From the NCBI RefSeq assembly GCF_006345805.1, contig NC_043019.1:27465360-27529359 (forward strand): a stretch of DNA of 64,000 nt, given 5' to 3'. Under the pieces are notes generated by a model. That model did no database searches. It had not been told where the DNA came from and saw only the letters and a list, made by a program, of their open reading frames with translations. Both the position numbers and the translations under genes were made by a program. The first letter of the stretch is position 1. The number at the start of each line of letters is the position of its first letter. Of the stretch, positions 49,391 through 58,844 are shown piece after piece. The DNA comes from Octopus sinensis. Its lineage: Eukaryota.

Positions 49391-51374
49391 TTGTGTCTGT
49401 TTGTCCCCCCAGCATCACTTGGCAACTGATGTTGGCATGTTTACATCCCTGTAACTAAGCAGTTCGGCAAAAGAGACTTACAGAATAAGTACCAGACTTA
49501 CAAAGAATAAGTCCAGGGGTCGATTTCTTTGACTGAAAAGCGGTGCTCCAGCATGACCACAATCATTTTGACTGAAACAAATAAGAGAGTAAAAGAATGT
49601 TCAACACAAATGTTTATGGCAAAATTTCCTGTAACCTTCTGGTGATGGTAATACTTTTGTGATTGTAAATTTGAAAAAAAATCATTTTAACGTTTGTTTG
49701 TTTCTATTTCCAGTTTCCTCATCAGTATTGGATGGCAAACAATACACCGAATGTCTTGTAGAGTTTGTGTCGAAGAATTCCTTATCTTTTGCAATACAGG
49801 CATTACCTGTTGAAAATGGATTCACCGCCTCTATACAAATCAAAAACGAGGTTTATGAAAGTAGTGGTTAGTCAACCTAATTTTTCTTTCCCTCATCATC
49901 CTTATTTAATGTTCTCGTCCATGGTTGCATGGGTTGGACAGTTTGACCAGAGCTGGTAAGCTGAAGGGCTGCACCAGACTCCAGTCTGATCTGGCAAGGT
50001 TTCTACAGCTGGATGCCCTTCCTAATGTCAGTCACTCTGAGAGTGTAACGGGTGCTTTTACATGCCACCATTATGGATGCCAATTGCACGACCCCAGTAC
50101 CTATGTGTGAAAACTTTTCATTGCTCACTGTTAAAACTATCATTTCTATTTTCCACATCACATCAGACCTCTCCAACAGATCTCTGCTGTTCTTGTCTTC
50201 TTCTCTCAATCAGGACTCACGCCATTAGCCATAAAGAATAATCTCTAATTCGAGCCTACTCTAAGCTACTAAGAATGCGTGTGGCAGCTTGAAGATCCAC
50301 CCACCACACGGTTGCATGGGCGCGAAAGCTACGTCGTTATTCTCATTCCGTAAACGGTGGCTTTTAACGGGTGGAGAGCTGAACCATCCTGGGGTACAGA
50401 GGATTCGCAATCTAGACTAGGGTCTGAAAGTTTACTGCACCATAGTGGGTTATACCATGGTTCCTCTGCTTTGTGGGAGAAGTAGGAAGAAAGAGTGAAA
50501 GTTGTGGTGAAATAGTACAGCGGGATTCACCACCACCACCTCGCCGGAGCATCGTGGAGCTTAGATGTTTTCGCTCAATAAACACTCACAATGCCTGGTC
50601 TGGGAATCGAAACCACGTTCTTATGACCGCGAGTCTGCTGCTCTAACCACTGGGCCATTGCGCCTCCACTGCTGTTGTTGTTGCAGTTGCTGTTCAGTTC
50701 CAGGTTAGGCATGTATAATCAAATGTTTAACCCTTTAAAATTTAAACCGGCCATATTCGACCAAAAGTATTATGCCTGTTTTATGTTCAAACTGGCCAGA
50801 TCTGGTCTCTCACACCAACCCTACAATATCATTTTAAAAATTAACAGCTAACTCATAAAATCTCATAGCTTCAAGATAATGCGTGATAGTTCAAAACAAT
50901 GTAGATAAAAGAGGATTAATTTTGGCAGATTAATGCGAACACTAAAGGGTTAACAGTTGTGACAATCCTGTCTTACTTTCAAACATAGCATAGTAGTCTA
51001 TTTTCAGAATTCTAGTGTGTGATATGTGGGAAATCTGGCTGCTATACTTAGCTCATCAGGTGGACGACCGGTTTGTATGCACCATTCTTGAATTGCAGAG
51101 GATTATGGGAATTGAGACTGGGATGGATGTTGTGAAAAGAAATGGGATGAGGTGGTCGTGTCACGTACTGAGGAAGGATGGAAGTGAGTAGATGAGAAGA
51201 ATGATTCTGTGGAAGAAAGTAGAGGAAAGAGAAGACTAAGGAAGACACGGCTATAGATGATGGAGGAGGTAATGAGGACAAGGGGATTAGTTAGAGATGT
51301 GGATGATAGGGCACACATGGCTAATTGTTTTTATCAAACAGGGAAAAGGCCTTAAAACGCCCTTTTTTTTTTTT

Positions 51375-51426
<52 letters not shown>

Positions 51427-51623
51427 ATTGCTGTTATGTTAAACTGTTGTATGGCCAAATTTGCTTGCAATAACTGATTCTTTTGGTCAAACTATTGTAT
51501 TTCCAGCTGCTTCAGATGCTAATATGTCAAAACTTGTCAAAGTGTAGTACAACGGTTTTGCTATGGAATGGGGGAAACTATTTTTTCGTTTTGAACTTAC
51601 AACACTTTTGCATAATAGCAACA

Positions 51624-51655
<32 letters not shown>

Positions 51656-51667
51656 ATATATAGTGTA

Positions 51668-51707
<40 letters not shown>

Positions 51708-52315
51708 TACACTCATATATATATATATATAGTGTAGTATATATATATATATATATACTACACTCACGGAGTGGTTGGCGTTAGGAAGGGCATCCAGCTG
51801 TAGAAACATTGCCAGATAAGACTGGAGCCTGGTGCAGCCTTCTGGCTTCCCAGATCCCTGGTCGAACCGTCCAACCCATGCTAGCATGGAGAACAGACGT
51901 TAAACGATGATGATATCATCATCATCATCATCGTTTAGCGTCCGTTTTCCATGCTAGCATGGGTTGGACGGATATATATATATATATATATATTGGCCTG
52001 CTCGCTTAGCCAGTGTGATGGCGTCATTTGAAGGCTAAAACAATGCGAAGCGCATTGTGACCAGCGATGTGTAGCAACATCTGATAGCCTGGTTGGTCAC
52101 AGTGATCACGGTGATATATATATATATATATATATGGCTTGGCCAGCTGTGTGTGGGAAAATATATTTTCTTTCTGACTCCTCCAAAAATTCTTTCTAAT
52201 ATTTCATACTGAAACCAGTAATATTTTATTAAACATTCTCTAAAATATACTTCTGTGCATTTTCCAACTTTATTTACCTTTTTTAACTATATATATGTAT
52301 ATATATATATTATAT

Positions 52316-52365
<50 letters not shown>

Positions 52366-55300
52366 GTAACTCTTGTTCTTTCAGCCCGCTTCCCCAGTGA
52401 ACAAGAAGCGCAATACTCTGCAGCAAAGAATGCTTGTATCAGCCTTGGTCTTGATCCGTGTAAGTAATTTCAACATATCTTCAACATTCCGAATTTGTAG
52501 GTAACTGAACCCATAGCATGTATAGATACGTAACACCTACATCTTTTATCCTTACCTTCTCTTGTTTCAGTCAATAGACTGCGGCCATGCTGGGGGCACT
52601 GCATCGAGGACTTATTCCACTCAAATGAATCGACCCCAGTACTTTGTTTGTTTTTTGTTTTTTAAAGCCTAGTACTTACTCTATCGATTTTTTTTTTTTT
52701 TGGCTAAATCCCAAATATACACAGATGTAAACACACCAGTACCAGTTGTCAAGCGGTGGTGGGGGACAGACACCCCCCCACACACACTCACACTACAGGC
52801 TTCCACACAGTTTTCTTCTACCAAATCCATTTGCAAGGCTTTGGTCAACCTGAGGCTATAGAAGACCCAGGATGTCATGCAGTGGGACTGAACCAGGAAC
52901 CATGTGATTAGGAAGCATGCTTCTTACCACACAGCCCATACAGCCATGCCTCCCCCCACTTATGTATATGTAAGGACTCTCCCATTGATTTTAATATATT
53001 AATATTCTAGTTGTTTGATTTAGTTGATTTGCCTACTAATTGAACAAGGGGTAATAAGCAACATGGTTGAGTATTCCACAGACTTATGTACCCTTAATGT
53101 AAGTCTCAGGCAGAGTCAGCATGACAAGGAGACAAAGCTAGATGTTTGAATTACTGGTACACTCTGACAGTCTTCCATGCAGTTTCCGTTTCGACACTTA
53201 TCCAAGATGCCATGTCGTGGGTTTGAACCCTGCATCTCATGGCTCCAAAGTGAACGTCTTAACCATTCAAACATGCTCTGTCCATGTGTGTGTGTTGTAG
53301 AAAAATTGGACACTTGAAGACATTTGTTTATTGGAATGACAAATTTTGAGCTCTCTACCCCCTTTTGACCAGGCTCCCGTGGCTTTTATGGGTTTTTCCA
53401 CGAGTAACCTTTCAAAGGGCCTCCCCTATTGGGAGTTTTAATTGTTACTTATATTTCGTTGTTATCCTGCTTTTGTACATGGACTTTTTTCAAACGGACA
53501 AAACCCTTTGTAACTTGCGTCCTGTGTTTTGTCCCTTTATGTCTTAATTGATTTTTGTTAGCCCTTGTGGCCAATAAACGAATTAATTATTATTATTATT
53601 ATTATTAAGGCAACAAACTGGCGGAGTCATTAGCAAGCGAGGTAAAATGCTTAACAACATTTCGCCCGTCTTCACATTCTGGGTTCAAATTCCACTAGGT
53701 CACCTTTGCTTTCTGTCCTTTCGGGAGTTGATAAAATAAGAACCAGTTGAGTACTGAGGACGATGTAATCGTCTTCCCCCAAAGATTTCAGGCCTTCTGT
53801 TTATAGTAAGCAGGATTATTATTATTATTATTATTATCAATAATAATAAGACAGAAAGCGGGTAGAATCATTAGCACAGTGGACGAAATACTTAGCAATA
53901 TTTCGCCCATCACTACATTCTGAGTTCAAATTCTGCCGAGGTCAACTTTGCCCTTTCGTCCTTTCAGGGTCAAGTGAAACACTGGGGTCAATGTAATCGA
54001 CTAGTCCCTTCCCCCAAATTTCAAGTCTCGTGTAGGATGATTAATATTAAGGTGGCCAGCTAGCAGAATTGTTAGCATGCTCAGCATTTTGTCTGTCTTT
54101 ATGTTCTGAGTTCAGATTCTGCTGTGGTTAACCTAACATATCATCCTTTCAGGGTCAATGAAATAAATACTAATTGAACTCTGGGGGTAAGGTAATCAAT
54201 TACCACTCCCCACCCCCCAAATTGCAGGCCTTGTGCCAATAATTGAAAGGACGGTTATTAATAATAATGGCAAGGCGCTGGCAGAAGCTGCCAAGTATTT
54301 TGTGTGTGTCTTTACATCCAGAGTTCAATATAGGCCTTCTGTCTATAGCAGAGAGGATGATTGTTGGTGAGGCACTTGTAGTTTTTGTGGGGTTTTCCAT
54401 GAATAGCCTAAAAGTGCCTCCCACTATGGGGAATTTTATTTGTTTTTCTTTATTTTATTTACACATTCTAAAACCTTTTGTATTGTCCTGTTTGTCATTT
54501 CATGTTGTTTTTATGTAAGCCCTTGTGGCCAAGAAAAGAATTATATTATTATACTTATTACTAAAGCGGTGAGCTGGCAGAATCGTTAGCACATCAAATG
54601 AAATTCTTAGCAGTATTTTACCTGTGCTACATTTTGAGTTCAAATTCCGCTGATGTTGACTTTACCTTTCATCCTTTTGGCGTCAATAGAACAAGTACCA
54701 GTTGAACACTGGGGTCGATGTAAGCAAATCATCCCCTACCCCTAAACTGCTGCCCTTGTGGCAAAATTTGAAACCATTATTATTATTATTATCGCTGAAA
54801 ATGTATTTTTAGAATGGTATCTTAGTAACTGTAAATTATTTCCAGATAAAATGGATGATCCTGTAGGAATTGATGAACATGAACTGAAGAAAAGGGTCCA
54901 GCAGGTAGGTGAGCCTTCAATCACCAGAAAACATAACCCTTTTTCTGTTGTTGTTTAGCACCAATTCAGCCATGATTGAATAGCTGTGTTCAAGTGCTTT
55001 CCAACTGTGACCATCACGTTTTTTTAAGAGCATCTAGGACTGTGTTATCAAATGTGTCCCTCCCTTATTAAATAAAGTAGGGTGTGATTTTGAAAATTTG
55101 GTTGCTTTTCTAGCAGGTCAGGTGAGCACCGAGAGGCCAGGTGACCACACAGAAGCAACTTTGATTTTATTTTGGTTTTTGTTATTTGCAACGGAAACAG
55201 TGTTAGTTCAAACTAGTAATGTATATATCATACCCAAAGCATGTATAATGTTGAAAGCCTTGTCAACTATAGTCTTCATCTTGGGAAAGCGCCTCTTATA

Positions 55301-58008
55301 GATGTATAGTGTATAAAATTCAGAAAACATACCAGCAACAGGCTGAAATCGTCAAGTAGTGGCATTGCTAAATCCAGATTTCAGCCTTTTCTGAGCTTCA
55401 CCAATAGCAAGTATGAACTGGCACCATAAGTAGGAATTGGTTGATACAGCATTAAGCTGCAAACCTGAATAGAAATTCATTATTAGCAACGGAAGCTGTA
55501 TTAGTTAAAAAATTGGCGAACTTAAAGTGTACATATGTTGAAAGCCTTCTAAACTGTAGTATTCGTCTCGAGAAAATATCTCTTATAGATGTATAGTGTT
55601 AAAAACGGAAAGATATCAGCTGCAGGTGAAGGTTGCCCAGCGTTGGTGGTAAAATTACTAGGTCTAGATTTCTGTTTATTAGCTTCATCAGTAGCAAATA
55701 TCTATGCCCCCTCATGCCAAGCAAACATCATCTGCTAGATGATGTAGTTAAACAATGACTGAAAGGTCACTGATGTTGTATGTTAGCAGCAGGCTGAACA
55801 GAAATTCATTATTAACAATGGAAGGAATATTAATTCAAAATTTGCAATGTATAGACTTTAAATCATTGAATCAGGAGCAATCTCAAGCTGGTTGGTGTCA
55901 AAAGGGTGAGGTTAAAATTGCTGAAGTAATTTGACACACGGAGATGTACTTGCATAGGAAGTGACCTGATCTGAGATTGTGTACTGGAACGAAAACAATT
56001 GCAGCGTGGAAGGTGTTTATAAGCCATTTAAGAAACACACAAAATCCGTTAGATTCACTTCAACGTTTAAATTTAATTTGTCAAAATATTTTCATCACTT
56101 TGAGACCATGACCTGTTCACTGACAAAATTTCGTGCTGCATATGACAAATTTAGGATCTTTTCGGTTTGGGCAGTTTTTTCTAGCAGTGTCATATGAAAT
56201 TGTCACCCATAATTATGACCCTAGAATCGATCTATTGCATTTCAATCTGTTTTAGGGTTAGGGTTAGGGGTGGGGGGAAAGGGTATCTTTTTTTTCTTCA
56301 CAAATGTAAATAAACCCAATCTGATTCTTAAACGAGGAACATATTCATATGGTACAGAATGTTTTTTTACCTCAATGGACGTCATTGATTGGTTGAAATT
56401 GCAGAAATTGAAGGAAAAAAACATATATCTTACAAACTATAGAATTTTCTCAATAAAGCCAAGAGAAAAAGATGTTTTATAAACACATTCTACCAGTATA
56501 CGAAGTTTAAAATTTTTTTAGTTATCTAGAAATTATGTTAAAAACTGCCGTTCAAACTGAAAAGATCCCAAATTTAATTTGACAAATTAAATTTAAATGT
56601 TGAAGTGAATCTAACGGATTTTGTGTGTTTCTTGAAAGGCTTATAAAACACCTTCCACACTGCAATTATTAGGTTGTCCCAAAAGTTCGTAAACACTTGC
56701 GAAAATTGAATTTTTACTTGCCAAGTACTAACAAAAACAACAAAAATTATTCCTCAAAATAAAGACTATTATTTTCCAAGACTTTCTACGAACTTTTGGG
56801 ACAACCTTATAATTTGATACACATTTTTACAGTAAGTTTTGTTTTGGTTACAAAACAAACTTCATTCACTACTTGTTTTATTTTTAGTTTAATATTGATT
56901 TTTGCTTGTTTCCAATTTACCAAATCTAGATTGTTGTTCAGAATGGGCTGTGGTTGAAAAATATGGGAGAGACATATGAAAAACAGTTTGGAGAGAAAGC
57001 TCCGGATAATCTACAAGACCTGGTACGATCTTGGGTCGACGTGTTTAAGATAGAACAGTAAGTAACGAGCCATTTAATGAATAACTTAACTTTTAATTTT
57101 AATCAGTCGAGGTAATTGCTTCGTCTCACTTGTAAATGTTTTCTTCTTCACTTGGCTATTAACCCTGCAATTAAATTTTATGGGCCCCCTGGCCCTCGTC
57201 TGGCCGTTTGCCAGCCTTGTCTGGCACCTGTGCAGGTGGCACATAAAAAGCACCCACTACACTCACGGAGTGGTTGGCGTTAGGAAGGGCATCCAGCTGT
57301 AGAAACATTGCCAGATCAGACTGGGCCTGGCGCAGCCTTCTGGCTTCCCAGACCCCAGTTGAACCGTCCAACCCATGCTAGCATGGAAAGCAGACATTAA
57401 ACGATGATGATGATGATTCCACAAATGATGTTAAATATCTTTAAAAAAAAATACCAGTAGGATGTTCTGCAAGTCACGTTGTCTCAGTAAACCTTCTACT
57501 ATAAGACTTGGGATGACCAAAGCCTTGTGAGTAGATTTGGTAGATGGAAACTGAAAGAAGCCTGTTGATGCCCATTGTGTGTGTGTGTGTATGTGTGTTA
57601 CTGTGTCTTTACCTCCCCATCATGTTATGGTTGTAAACAAGTATCACTGTAATATAAGTGGTGTCTTTCGTTTCCAGTCTTCAGTGAAAGCTGCTGATGA
57701 TGATGATGATGGATTGTTTTGTCTATTGAATTTATTTGTCATCAGAATAAGAAACTATCCTGTTTAGCTTAGGCAGTAACAAAATATATATATATACATA
57801 TGGCATGGCTGTGTGGTTAGGGAGCTTGCTTCCTAGCTACATGGTTTCGGGTTCAGTCCCACTGTGTGGCACTTTGGGTAGGTGTCTTCCACTATAGCCC
57901 CGAGCCGACCGGAGCTTTGTGATTGAATTCACTAGGTGGAAGTTACTGCCGTGTGTGTATGTGTGCGTATAGCTGCTCAGTGCCTCTCCGAAAGAGAGAG
58001 AGGGGATA

Positions 58009-58043
<35 letters not shown>

Positions 58044-58234
58044 CAAACGTGCAGGTGGCATGTAAATAGCACCCACTACACTCTCGGAGTGGTTGGCGTT
58101 AGGAAGGGCATCCAGCTGTAGAAAATCTGCCAGATCAAGACTGGAGCCTGGTGCAGCCATCTGGTTGCCAGCCCTCAGTCAAAACCGTCCAACCCATGCT
58201 AGCATGGAAAACGGACGTTAAACAATGATGATGA

Positions 58235-58279
<45 letters not shown>

Positions 58280-58763
58280 CATACATACATACATACACAT
58301 GATGTTTTCTCCTCACCCCCACAACACCACAATTTGTGAATGCTATAGTTCTAAGAACAATGCCAGCTTTGATAGAAATTTAGGCCAAATACCTGGGATT
58401 TGGGAGAGGCAAGCGTGAATGACTTTCCTGTTCTTTGTTCATTTGTTAGGCATTCTTGTGTTTTCAAAATTTCACATCAAAACTTCTGTTGTTTTTTTTC
58501 ATGGCTACAACAGATTTCATTCATGACGTTGTTTTTGTTTGTTTTCTTCTGCTTCTTGGAGCTCTTTGTATGCTTTATTTGTTTTCGTTTTTTGTGTGAT
58601 TTTTTTTTTTTGGCCAAATGATTGGCTGTTTATATTGGATGATACCCTGCTGGGTAGAAATGGGGTGCACGTCATGAATAAATCCAGTATATATTTTGTA
58701 GCACTTTGCATCTTATAAGGTTTTTGGTCTCTTACTAGTCGTGGTCTTCATTATTCAGTTCCA

Positions 58764-58796
<33 letters not shown>

Positions 58797-58797
58797 T

Positions 58798-58844
<47 letters not shown>

